Assembly (NCBI GenBank): GCA_964016885.1
Contig: OZ024743.1
Coordinates: 357,306,001-357,370,000, forward strand
DNA: 64,000 bases
Source: Eledone cirrhosa
Lineage: Eukaryota
Direction of reading: 5' to 3'
In this document: positions 52,840-64,000 of the stretch, piece after piece
Numbering within the stretch: the first letter of the stretch is position 1
Layout: every line of letters begins with the position of its first letter
The notes under the pieces: model-generated
Seen by the model: the letters and a program-made list of their open reading frames with translations, nothing else
Told to the model about the DNA's origin: nothing
The model's database searches: none
Made by a program: the position numbers and the translations under genes

Positions 52840-55410
52840 CAATGATCTAAAATGCGAGCCAATGATCTAAAATGTCTTGCACAGAGTTGGCCAGCCTGAT
52901 AAAAACATTCACTGGCAATAGCCAGCTGTGGTTAGTCTTCGTGTACTTTTGCATGTCGTTTAAGCCCTCCTGTTGATCTACACTCTTTTCCACATTGACA
53001 GGTATGATGAGTAGCTTCTCCAACAGCAGCTTGGTAGTCAACCATTAGATTCACTTTATGACTGCCAAGATGACTTTGAATCCAGCTTTGCTGAGCCAGA
53101 ATATTGCTCAAACGCTGCATGTCAGCGCCATAGAGGGACCTTTGCTGTCTGGAAATGTAACAGCAATGCCTTTCCTGACATCCCTTTTTACTTTCTCTTA
53201 TACGATTCGAGATGCTTCAAAAGCAACTTTCCCTTCACGTACAATCTTTCTCCATTTATTACGACCAGCAGCTATGCTTTCCCATGTATCAGCAGAGATG
53301 TCAGTGTCTTTCAAGGAGGCTTTCAACGAATCCTTATACCTGTTTTTTGGTTTATATGGAGGTCGTTTTCCTTTAATTAACTCTCCATAAAAGAGTTATT
53401 TTGGTATCCTAGAATCCTCCATCCTGACAAGGTGACCACTCCATCGGAGTCTTTGCTTAAGCACAAGAGCTTCTATGCTTTCACACACAGAGCTTTCCCA
53501 AATCTCGACATCACTGATGTGATCCCTCCAGTGAACGCCATGGATCCGTCTGAGACACATCTGATGGAAACGTTCTAACTGTTTAAGGTGGTGTCGATAT
53601 GTGACCCAGTTCTTGCAGGCATAAAGAAGAGAAGAGAGTACACATACCTTGTACACCTTTACCTTTGTCTTCTTGCATATATTTGGCCGACTCTAGAGGC
53701 GCCTTTCTAGCTTTCCGAAAGCATCACTTGCTTTCCTAATCTTGAGTGGAATTTCATTATCAAGATTACCGTATTGATTGAGAGTACATCCCAGGCAGAC
53801 AAACTGATCAACCACTCCAAGTCGTTTACCATACACATTGATATATTTGGTTCATTGTATTGCTTACCAAGAGCAGGTTGGTACATGACAACGGTTTTTT
53901 GAGACTGACAGTCAATCCTAGGGCAGTGTAAGCATTAAAAAATGCATTAAAAATGTTCTGCATATCACTCTCTGTGTGCAATCATCTGCATACAATCATC
54001 TGATCGCAATCATCTGCATACAAGAGGTCTCTTATGTTTGATGTAAATACTTTTGTTTTTGAAGCAAAGCGCCTGATTTTAAATATGCTGCCTGGGGTTC
54101 GATATTGGATGTAAACACCATGCTCGCAATTCCTGAATGCAATATAGAAAACCATTGCAAAGTATATGGCAAATAGCGTCGGTGCTGGAATATCCCCCTA
54201 TTTCACTCTATTTTTCACTGAGATAGACTCCGACATGTTACCTCTGATATTAACCCAAGCGTTTATGTCATCATGGAAAGACTTAACCAATGCAAGGAAC
54301 TTATCAGGCCAACCAAGTTTCTGGAGAACCTTCCACAATACATTTCTGTTAACAGTATCGAAAGCTTTTGTCAGATCGACAAAAACTTGATACAGATTCA
54401 AACCCTGTTCCACGCACTTCTCCTGAAGCTGTCTAGCTGAGAAAATCATATCAGTAGTGCCGCGTCCAGCACGAAAACCAGATTGACTTTCAGAAAGAAC
54501 ACAATCTGCAATGTGTGTCAGCAGACTGTTCAGAAGCACCCTACATAAAACATTTTCCTACGACAGAAAGAAATGATATGCCCCTATAGTTTCCACAATC
54601 ATTGCTTGTTACCCTTTCCCTTGTACAAGACTACCATTACTGCATCTCTCCAGTCTTCAGGTACGGATTCACTAGCCCATATCTTGCCAGAAGTTTCTCA
54701 ACATCATATTGCATGTGTGCCATCCATACTTGGAGACCGTCCCCTGTTCAGCTTCGAGACAGCTACTGCAACTTCCTCTAAAGTCGGTGGATATTGTGAG
54801 AGCTACTTTGACAGGTTTTTCAGAGATTAGATTGAGGAAATCCTCATTAACGACAGACAGCTGATTCAAAAGTTCATCATAGTGCTCTCGCTCCCTTCGC
54901 AGAATTCCATGCGAAGCGGTTTCACCAAAGAAGAAGATGGTCCATAAACTTCACGCAAGAGATTTGTGTTATTGGAATCAGGTGCAGATTGTATCTCATC
55001 AGCCTTCTCACTCCACCACATATCTTTTATCTGAGAGAGCCTCCCTCTCATACGTGATTTCTCATCATTGAGTTATGGGTCGGCCAATCCTCACCAATAT
55101 CTGCAACATTCATTTCTTTTCGCAATGTCCTCTTCACACTATTAGCCTTAAGACGAGAAAATTTCAGTCTTTTAGGCAGGGTAACACTAGCAGCCCGGAT
55201 TTTATGTTTTGTAATTAATTGCACTTTTGCACGTACCAGGCGCTGGTCCTTCCCACACTCAGCCCCACGAAAAACACGAACACATTGCACATCCCATCTG
55301 TCACGCACCCTGACAAGGATGTAGTCCAGTAGATGCCATTATTTAGATGCAGGGTGTCTTAAACTTATTCTTTTGCTGAAACATCGTGTTGGTAACACAT
55401 AGATCCAGCT
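52840..55410 (-). mobile_element. Degenerate RTE/BovB-like LINE (EN end, RT, C-terminal zinc finger)
   Basis: WHLLDYIL, SQSGFRAGRGTTDMIF, FVDLTKAFD, LLYADD, RLRWSGHLVRM, CQCGKEC..GLKRH; many frameshifts. Confidence 0.9.
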
Positions 55411-55441
55411 TATCTACACACTCACACACATATATATATAC

Positions 55442-55533
<92 letters not shown>

Positions 55534-55635
55534 GTAGAACCTTGGAGGGTTATATCCGTAGTAGTAGAGCACTCAGTCTATGGGATGAGTTTGGTAGACT
55601 AACTGTTGTGGAACTGCTTCTCTCTCACACATACG

Positions 55636-55704
<69 letters not shown>

Positions 55705-55706
<2 letters not shown>

Positions 55707-55896
55707 CGAAGGAAATGTGGTAAGGAACCAGGTGGACCATAACGCACCAAAGTACTCAATACTTAGGGTAGTAGAGTGGGTAATAGGAACCAGTAAGACC
55801 CCGACGGCTGAGCTCAAGCCGTTTCGACGGCTAATTCTGGACTGAATTAGCCATCGAAACGGCTTGAGCTCAGCCGTCGGGGTCTTACTGGTTCCT

Positions 55897-55897
<1 letters not shown>
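55705..55897 (-). mobile_element. PLE pseudo-LTR fold-back (family G)
   Basis: Palindrome 55787-55895 centred near 55840; GAAA-cggcu(ugagcuc)agccg-UC. Confidence 0.75.
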
Positions 55898-55947
<50 letters not shown>

Positions 55948-56011
55948 GCGCGTGCGAGAGAGAGAGAGTCGGGGTCCAATGGCTGATTTCTTGCCGTTTC
56001 GATACCAATTC

Positions 56012-56069
<58 letters not shown>

Positions 56070-56221
56070 ATAATAAGGGTTGACGGACCCAGCATATTTA
56101 TCAATGCCAGTACCGGTTGTATCTCAGCCCACTCAATGGGCAATGTAAGATACATTACCAGAATATACACATAGTTATTTGCCTCAACACAACACACGTA
56201 AAACGGGTGCCTATAAGGTTT

Positions 56222-56329
56222 CCGGACTCGAGTTTCTGCCGCACTCATGCAGCAGTAAGGTGCACTGCACCATCTGTTTGCATATATTATGCAACAATGC
56301 ATAATCGGCTTATGCGGCTTCATCAGCGG
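56222..56329 (-). ncRNA. Type I hammerhead with long stem II and palindromic minimal stem III
   Basis: ccg-CUGAUGA-a-gccgca...ugcggc-a-GAAA-C(UCGA)G-UC^cgg. Confidence 0.8.
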
Positions 56330-56881
56330 GTATCGCCTAATCAATAACCAATCGATCTACATAATCCAAACACCGGCCCGTGCCGGTCATGACTGTTTGT
56401 GACAACCGACACGGTAAAGCGATTAACTGGCAACCGATAGGACTCTATCTCTCAACTAGCCACTGATTTACAAATTTTACCTGGGGACGGGAAGCTAAAA
56501 AGAATCAATCTATTAGTTCCTGTCAGAAGCCCTCAGCCAACGTGTCTCACACACAAATTATCACGGGGTGAAAAGATGGCTATTAGAAATAGTAGTTCAC
56601 ATTGATGTAAAATAGAATGGTAGCATTCGGTTCATGTCTCCAAGCCCCATGGCTAGAGGAAAGCGATGGTAACAATGTATATATATATATATTTATATAT
56701 ATATATATGTATATACACACACATATAGTGTTGACAATACAAAAACAAGGAGTATATACATGTATATATATATATATTTACACATTACTGAAAGGCCGTT
56801 GACTCTCCTGAGTTTCTCAACCCCGTGAAGAGTTTTGTTTTTCATCTTGCAAGTGTCCCAAAGTTCCTCCTCCTCACTAAG

Positions 56882-57290
56882 CAATAATTGTTTCCACTTT
56901 TGGCACAAGGCCATAAATTACCCAGTACATTACTGGTACTTTATTTTATTGACCCCGTAAGGATGAAAGGCAAAGTTAACCTCGGCGGGATTTGAACTCA
57001 GACCGTAAAGGGACGTAACTATGCTGGAAAGCATGGCGTCCGACCCTCTACCGATACTGCAAATCCAAGCAATAATTGTTTCTACTTTTGGCACAAGGCC
57101 AGCAATTACCCAGTGTATTACTGGTACTTTATTTTATTGACCCCGTAAGGATGAAAGGCAAAGTTAACCTCGGCGGGATTTGAACTCAGAATGGCATGGG
57201 CCATAACTCTATGCGTCAAAGCATGGCGTCCGACCCTCTACCGATACTGCCAATCCACCGCCAATCCACCGCCAATCCACCGCCAATCCA
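56882..57290 (-). mobile_element. Head-to-tail SINE dimer
   Basis: Two full SINEs bounded by AAGCAATAAT three times; another copy at about 58450-58660. Confidence 0.85.
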
Positions 57291-57544
57291 AGCAATAATG
57301 CACAACAAGTTTGCCCAGACAATCAAACAGACGTATGATTAGTTAGATTCCAGAAGGACAGTTATTGAATCCAAATTAGCAGACCCCTTCCCCACACTAT
57401 TCTTATTACTATGATTACTACGCTCATTACCGTTATCATGGCGACCACTACAGCGAGTATGACGACCAAATTATTACCAAATTATTACCATCACTGCCGC
57501 CACCCCACTACCGCCACCACCACCACCACCACCGCCACCACATC

Positions 57545-57852
57545 CATCTCTTTCAAAACTCACTGTCTTTAATACAGGACTCATTAGATAATGTAGTCCG
57601 GTACACATTATTATTTGCGGCTAAACAACAACAAACACCGCCGTCACACCAGCATTACTACCATCAACACCTTCACTACTACTGCTACCATCACTACCCC
57701 CATCTCCTTCAAAACTTACTGTCTTTAAAGCAGGACTCATTGGATAATGTAGTCCGGGACACATTATTGTTTAGGGCTAAACAATAACAAACACCGCCAT
57801 CACACCAGCATTATTACCATTACCACTCTCACTACTACCGCTACCATCACAC
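57545..57852. repeat. ~157-bp tandem duplication
   Basis: catctctttcaaaactcactg... and catctccttcaaaacttactg... Confidence 0.8.
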
Positions 57853-57899
57853 CACCGCCACCATGTTTCACTTAAGCCCGCTAATAAATTATAACGTCA

Positions 57900-58068
57900 C
57901 ACTAGGAACCTGCCAATCAACCTTAGATAAGATAAAATAGCAAAAGATGTTCATAGAAAGACTAATTTACAAGGATTTATGTAAGCTGGCAAAAGATGGT
58001 GGGTCAGTCGGAACCGTGTTAAGAATATTAAACTACATGTAGGAATGATTATGAAGGAGGAGGTGGTG

Positions 58069-58099
<31 letters not shown>

Positions 58100-58148
58100 C
58101 AGCAGCAGCAGCAACAACAGTAGTAGTAGCGGCAACAACAGTAGTAGT

Positions 58149-58186
<38 letters not shown>

Positions 58187-58400
58187 TAACAGCAGCAGCG
58201 GCTGCGCTAGTAGTAGTAGTAGTAGTAGTAGAAACCTTAGGGACAGAGGCAAGAAGTTTAAATGGTTGATTAAAATGGTTGGCTATCCAGATGAATTTCC
58301 TGACTCTAGGAAAAGGTAGTTTGCATGGCACAGCAAGAAGGATAAGAAAGGTGCCAGATAGCAATGGCTGCAGGATGTAGCTTGATATCTAGCAATCTAA
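57900..58400 (+). pseudogene. R4/NeSL-like LINE C-terminus interrupted by a (GTA)/(GCA) expansion
   Basis: VVVETLGT...GTARRIRKV resembles the RLE C-terminal VV.GALG...GTARILRKVL. Confidence 0.45.
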
Positions 58401-58699
58401 TACCGGCAAAACAACAACAAAATGTTATGGGGCGGGGGAACGAAATAATAATAATTTCTAGTATAAGCACAAGGCCAGTAATTTTTTTTTAGGGGAAAGT
58501 CGATTAAATCGACCCCAGTACGTTACTGGTACTTTATTTTATCCACCCCGTAAGGGTGAAAAAGGCAAAGTTAACCTCGGTGGGATTTGAATTCAGACCG
58601 TAAAGGACCGTAATTCTATGCTGCAAAGCATGGTGTTCGACTCTCTACCGATACTAAAATCACTATTACACCCCTCCCCTCCGGGGGGGGGGGGGTGCA

Positions 58700-60080
58700 A
58701 TAGTAATTTTATTAGCCACAAAGGGTTGACACGAAGAAAATATTAAGGAAGGTATAGGTCGATAAGAAAGTGTTTGTGTATTTATTTTCATCTAGAACGT
58801 GTGATAACAGAAACAAAAAAAAACGAGTAAAAATTTAAACAGAAGAAAATTCCCTATAGGGGAAGATTTCCAAGGATCACTCGTAGAGAAAGCCAGAAGA
58901 AATCACAACCACACTGACTACTAAGGTAAATGTAATTTCCCTGCTGACCTCCAATATACAGGCACGTACTCGGAGCAGGCCCGTCCACTCGGATCATGCT
59001 TGTCACTCTCAATCAATTTTCAACAAATTGGTTAGAAGGTAGCAATTCTCTTTCCACCCTGATTTTCCACTTCAAAGGAAACTTGAAAAAGTTAATAAGG
59101 GTTTCATGGAAAAGGAAAGTACCTATCCCCAACCGTTTCAGCCGTGTCCACCACACAACCTCTTTCGCCATGGCCACTAGACAGGTGAAACTGTCTGCTC
59201 TTCCCGACTAAAGGAAGATGGCGGAGCTATTTTCACGACAGACTCAGCTGCTAACCGGATCCGTTCTACATGCGACAGCAGCTGTTCAGCGATAGTCAGA
59301 TATTGAACTAGTGCATGTAGAACACACTCGTCGCCATGTGCGTATTTCGGACATGCTCGTTTGACAGCTCTTCCGTGCCTGTAGTCAGTACGTGCAAGAG
59401 ATACGAGACGGGACATTCCTGACAGACTGAGTGCACGATACTGAACCTCTCCAACAGGTGGCCACTTATTCTGACCACCAAGCAGATATCGCTGAACAGT
59501 GTAGCGATTCATCCCCTGAAGATAGGGCCGAAACATGCCGTTCTGAGGATAGCCGCCATATAGAAATGGTCGACACTATTGATTGATCCAAGCTGATCAG
59601 GACTCCACTCTTGTTAGGTTCATTACTCCAATTTGTTTCGGTCCTTTCTCAGCAGCATCACCACTCCGCTCACAGAACTGTCAGTTGCTGTCAGTTGGTT
59701 TATATCTCTGCTAAGATGTTGCCGTACAAGTCTGCCATGTAAATGTATATCTCGTAGAGCAGACCATCCAAACCCAGCGATTTGCCCCTCGTGTAGCCAG
59801 CTATTGCCATTTGTATTTCGTAGGGTGTTTCGCCGCACTTCGTCTCCGTTATCGAGGGTCGCGACAGCTGGACAAAGTGTAGCTTGAAGGCTGCACATAT
59901 CTGCTCGGAACCGAGTGGTACGCGGCCGTCGCAATAGCGAAATAGCAACTAATCACTTAAACCCATTACTCATAACTTCAGTCCTCGAGATCACTCGCAC
60001 CTTTATCTTGGGTTTGGCGTCTGTTATACTACCATAGATATCACGCTCCCGAACCTTACGTGAACAATATTTCATATTCT
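58700..60080 (-). pseudogene. L1/Tx1-type LINE remnant
   Basis: GKSLGLDGLLYEIY, SGVVMLLRKD, ECVLHALVQ; GC-rich; AATAAA-type 3' end near 58710. Confidence 0.7.
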
Positions 60081-60858
60081 GACTCGGGACATCCATTCCC
60101 AGAGGTGTCAACAATCGATTAGTGTTCCTATAAACGTCTTACACACACACACAGTGAAAAACGCTCACAATGCACTTTTACACCATCCCTTTCCCACCCA
60201 CTCACTTCTTTACATCTACATATACATGATCCCTCGTTTACTTCAAACAGAGCTCTTTTTGCACTCCCTCCTATCCTCACATACGTTCTAATGTGTCAAT
60301 ATCACGATCGCTCACACTTATATGCTATGTTACTTTCTACTTTCTCCACTCTCACTAATACACTCTTCATTCTTACACATACAATCAACCAATTTTACAC
60401 TAATTACTGCAGCGCATGCCCATCATTAGTCCGCCATTCAACACGCGCTGCTTCGGCAGAGACTCTTCTCATCCTCAGAAACTGTCTGCATTTTTTAAAA
60501 TAATATATGAAGAAACACGCAACCCACAAAATATGGCAGAACTAGTGAATTTGAAATATATTTCAGTTGCTAAGTGTACAATGCAATATATAATTGAATT
60601 AACTAGCATTATGCAAATTAGTAAGTCTAATTATCTAGTTCTACCTTATTTGATGGATAAAGCCTTTGGTTGCATGTTTCTTTGGTTGCATGTAAATGGT
60701 TTCTAATGAAGATCTTAACAAAGATATAAATGCGAGTCAAGTTAAGCTGTTTATCTTCTTCAATCTAGGAAGAAACACATTTATTAGACATGTTTACATG
60801 CCTAATATATGTTTACATATTTCTTGCAGTTTCGGTTTAAAAAAGCTATACTGTTTGT

Positions 60859-60933
60859 ATAGATGGAAATTTGTTACATATGTTTATATATATATATATA
60901 TATATATAAACATATGTAACAAATTTCCATCTA
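60859..60933. repeat. Perfect palindrome centred on (TA)n
   Basis: agatggaaatttgttacatatgttt-(TA)n-aaacatatgtaacaaatttccatct. Confidence 0.9.
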
Positions 60934-60941
60934 CATACACA

Positions 60942-60999
<58 letters not shown>

Positions 61000-61093
61000 T
61001 TCGCTTAATATGATTTTGAGATATATATATATATATTTAAAGTAGTAAATTAAGAAAAATAATAACGAACCTATATTGGGCAACTGCCTGAAA

Positions 61094-61174
61094 ACACCTA
61101 GACAGTTATAGAAACTGTTTTGCAAAATCATATTAAGCGAAGGCATCACTATTTCTCTGCTCATCAGTAGATGT
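61094..61174 (-). ncRNA. Type I hammerhead with GAAA changed to AAAA (probably inactive)
   Basis: acaucua-CUGAUGA-gcagag..uuuugc-AAAA-caguu(ucuau)aacug-UC-uaggugu, inside inverted arms 61036-61066 and 61203-61233. Confidence 0.7.
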
Positions 61175-61442
61175 CAAGAAATTAGCGATCCTTCCACAGG
61201 TTTGTTATTATTTTTCTTAATTTACTACTTTAAATTAAGTCTGGCAAACCATATTGCTGTAGTTAGTATTTTTTCACCCTAGCAAACTTGGTCCTTACAA
61301 TTCGGACACAAGTATGTTTATATTGTATATAAAGTATGTTTATATTGTATATTCTTGTATATTCAATTATATTACACGGCTCTGAAAAGCTTTTTTCTTA
61401 GAGCTATTTAATTGTAAGAGACTACTCTGAGTTTCTAACTCA

Positions 61443-61479
<37 letters not shown>

Positions 61480-61578
61480 TATATATATATAGTGTAGGCA
61501 GTACAGTAAAATACAGAATACAGGTCGATACCCAATAAATATTTTTCATATGTAAACGAAACTTCCTGTTTTTTCTAT

Positions 61579-61663
<85 letters not shown>

Positions 61664-61710
61664 GCGTGCGCGTGTGTATGTGTGTGTGTGTTTGTGTTTG
61701 TGTGTGTGTG

Positions 61711-62000
61711 TACTTTGGGAGGGTCATGCTGCCAATAAAAAAACACACCCACCTGTTGGGTTTCACTTCAACTTATAAATTTTCGGTTTTTGGTTGGTTC
61801 GATAACCGGATGGTTGTTTATATATTGTCAAAGCATCCGGTTATCGAACCAACAAGCCAACCGGAAATTTATAATATATTGAAGTGAAAAACAACAGGTG
61901 CGTGTGTTTTATTGGCAGCATGACCCTCCCAAAGTATAACAATATCTGTTTCAACACACATTTCCAGAAAAGAAATCTTGCAAAACAAATTCAAAAACAA
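61711..62000. mobile_element. PLE pseudo-LTR inverted structure (family E)
   Basis: Arms 61711-61812 and 61835-61936. Confidence 0.7.
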
Positions 62001-62668
62001 AGTATGTATAAATATATATGTCACATTATCTAACTTATGTTGATTACTCTGAGGATTAATTTAGTGATTTCTCTCTCAATTGAGTGCTTCGTGACAGCCT
62101 CCAAAAATCGATTGGTTAATTGATTATTTATTCTTTGTTTGAAAACCTAGTTGAGAGCTTACTTCAAGGTTGTTCACACTTTTGAATGTATCCGCCAAAA
62201 CCCGGATATGAACTTCCTCTTTCCTTTAGAAAACACGTGATCCCACTGCCAAAGTTACTGTTACAGTCGTTGGCAGCCAGGTCTCATAAACCGCGTTAAG
62301 AGGATACTGAAACGAAGTGCCTGTTGAGGAAGGGAAATCCTCGTTCCATTCATTACTGACTTGCATGTTACATAACTTGGAGTGTAGCTTACGATACCCA
62401 GAAAGCCATCGAAGATATTTATCTTTTAATATCTAATATCTATCGATCAGGTCTAGATTCGTCTCTAACCTGTTGATATTTTCGTTGTTGTAGTATTAAC
62501 GTGGCAGCACGACTCTGGTCGCATTTTTCATTGTGTCACATTACCTAACTTATATTAATTACTCTGAAGATTAATTTATTGATTTCTCTCTCATTGAGTG
62601 CTTCGTGGCAGCCTTCAAATATCGATTGCGAACCTGTTACTTACAGCTGCAACTTCGGTTATACTCAC

Positions 62669-62705
<37 letters not shown>

Positions 62706-62920
62706 GGTTGGTGAAGCCACGCTTCTTATCGCCTCTAGTCTTTTTCAACGTTTTACCTCTTTTTCAACCGTTCTAAACCTTTTATTCAAGTTTTAAATTT
62801 GATAAAAGTTTAGAAGAAGTGACCCACCTAATCCAGGGGTTCACTAGTAAATAATACGGCACTCCTTTACGGGGTGTCGTATTCGTATTTGTGTAAACAT
62901 ATTTTTTGAAAAATTTCAAC

Positions 62921-64000
62921 ATGGATAACACAAAAAAGAGAGAGAGCGCTGTCAGACAACACAGAGAGAGGGAGATTTTATCAGCATGTCAACAAGACAG
63001 CGTTCCAGCGGAGGTAAATATAAACGAAAATATTACAAAGGAAAAAAAGATTGTTACAGATTTAAAATTAACAAATATTTCTAACACAAACAACACCAAC
63101 AATAACACCAACAACATCACCAACAACAACACCAAAAATAACAGCGGTAAAGTCGAGAACGACAATAACAAAAATAACAGCGGTAAGGTCGAGAACGACA
63201 ATAACAATGACAATAACAACAGCCACAACAACAATAATAGTAGGAACAGTATCAACAAAAACAACAATAATAACAACAGCCACAATAACAGTAACAGCAG
63301 CAACAGTATCAACGAAAACAACACCAACAACTGTACCAGCGAAAAGAACAACAATGACACCGATACCTGTAATAGCGACCTCAGCACCACGAGTAAGACC
63401 AGTAGCGGCAGCAATAGTGGTGCTGCTGAAAAAGGGACCACTTCTTTTGCAGGTGTCGCCCGAAATATCGAGACAGTGTTAGTCACAGAGGAGGAGATGG
63501 CAGTCGCAAGGGCCATGGTGACAAGAAGCGCAAATAGAGTTTCCCTGAAACCTCCACCCGATGTTTTCAAGGACCAGCAGCTACGAACGGTGACTTACCG
63601 CACCGTAAGCAAAATCTCACATCGAGTGGAGAGAGCCACGGAGGCTCAAATCCAAAAGGCCTTGGGGTGCGTCTGGGCACGCAAAACCCACAACACCCGA
63701 GGCAGAAAGTACTCCACAGTAGACGTACTTTTCGCCACCCCCCAGGAAGCAAAGTCTCACTCTTTGGAAACCCTAAAGAGTGAGGAGTTAGTCTTGGTGC
63801 CCTCCTACTGCGGGCAGAAAATTGTGAGGGTCAAAGTGACCCAGGTCCCACCCGACGTGCCCATACCTTGGCTGGCCGCGTCTGTCCTTGTTGGAATTGA
63901 GAACAGGGCGACCATGCTGCAAGTAGAACAAACAGGGAGAGAGAACTGGTCAGGTATAGGCATGCAAATGCTTATACAAACTGACCAGGAATGTATCGAG
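62921..64000 (+). CDS. ORF1 (gag-like) of a probable L1/Tx1-type LINE, 3'-partial
   Basis: ATG at 62921, 360 codons with no stop to the window end (absent from the ORF track); Asn-rich linker, SFAGVA, RRM-like VRVKVTQVPPDVP; preceded by (ATT)n and a possible 5' UTR. Confidence 0.65.
   Translation, partial: MDNTKKRESAVRQHREREILSACQQDSVPAEVNINENITKEKKIVTDLKLTNISNTNNTNNNTNNITNNNTKNNSGKVENDNNKNNSGKVENDNNNDNNNSHNNNNSRNSINKNNNNNNSHNNSNSSNSINENNTNNCTSEKNNNDTDTCNSDLSTTSKTSSGSNSGAAEKGTTSFAGVARNIETVLVTEEEMAVARAMVTRSANRVSLKPPPDVFKDQQLRTVTYRTVSKISHRVERATEAQIQKALGCVWARKTHNTRGRKYSTVDVLFATPQEAKSHSLETLKSEELVLVPSYCGQKIVRVKVTQVPPDVPIPWLAASVLVGIENRATMLQVEQTGRENWSGIGMQMLIQTDQECIE

Overview
AT-rich, microsatellite-saturated eukaryotic DNA. 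An octopus/coleoid-like genome is inferred from the repeat landscape, not proven. The only host gene seen is the 3' end of a teashirt/tiptop-type C2H2 zinc-finger gene (1-777, +). The other ~63 kb is a gene desert of degraded mobile elements: RTE, CRE, L1/Tx1 and R4-like LINE remnants, a Gypsy RT relic, nested Helitrons, piggyBac and hAT MITEs, many copies of one tRNA-derived SINE, and a 48-bp minisatellite expanded from an RTE 3' UTR. There are also many (TA)n-embedded Penelope-like (PLE) pseudo-LTR fragments, several carrying hammerhead ribozymes (HHR). The main finding is a 66-nt motif present in three sequence-divergent repeat families (21264-21329, 21789-21854, 49211-49280, 49704-49769, 50424-50489). 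It has all HHR catalytic strands in a non-circularly permuted (pseudoknotted) order, with identical spacing and covarying helices. Two of the three families place it in ~490-525-nt non-coding tandem units resembling retrozymes. All structures were paired by eye and activity is untested. Coordinates of degraded elements are approximate.
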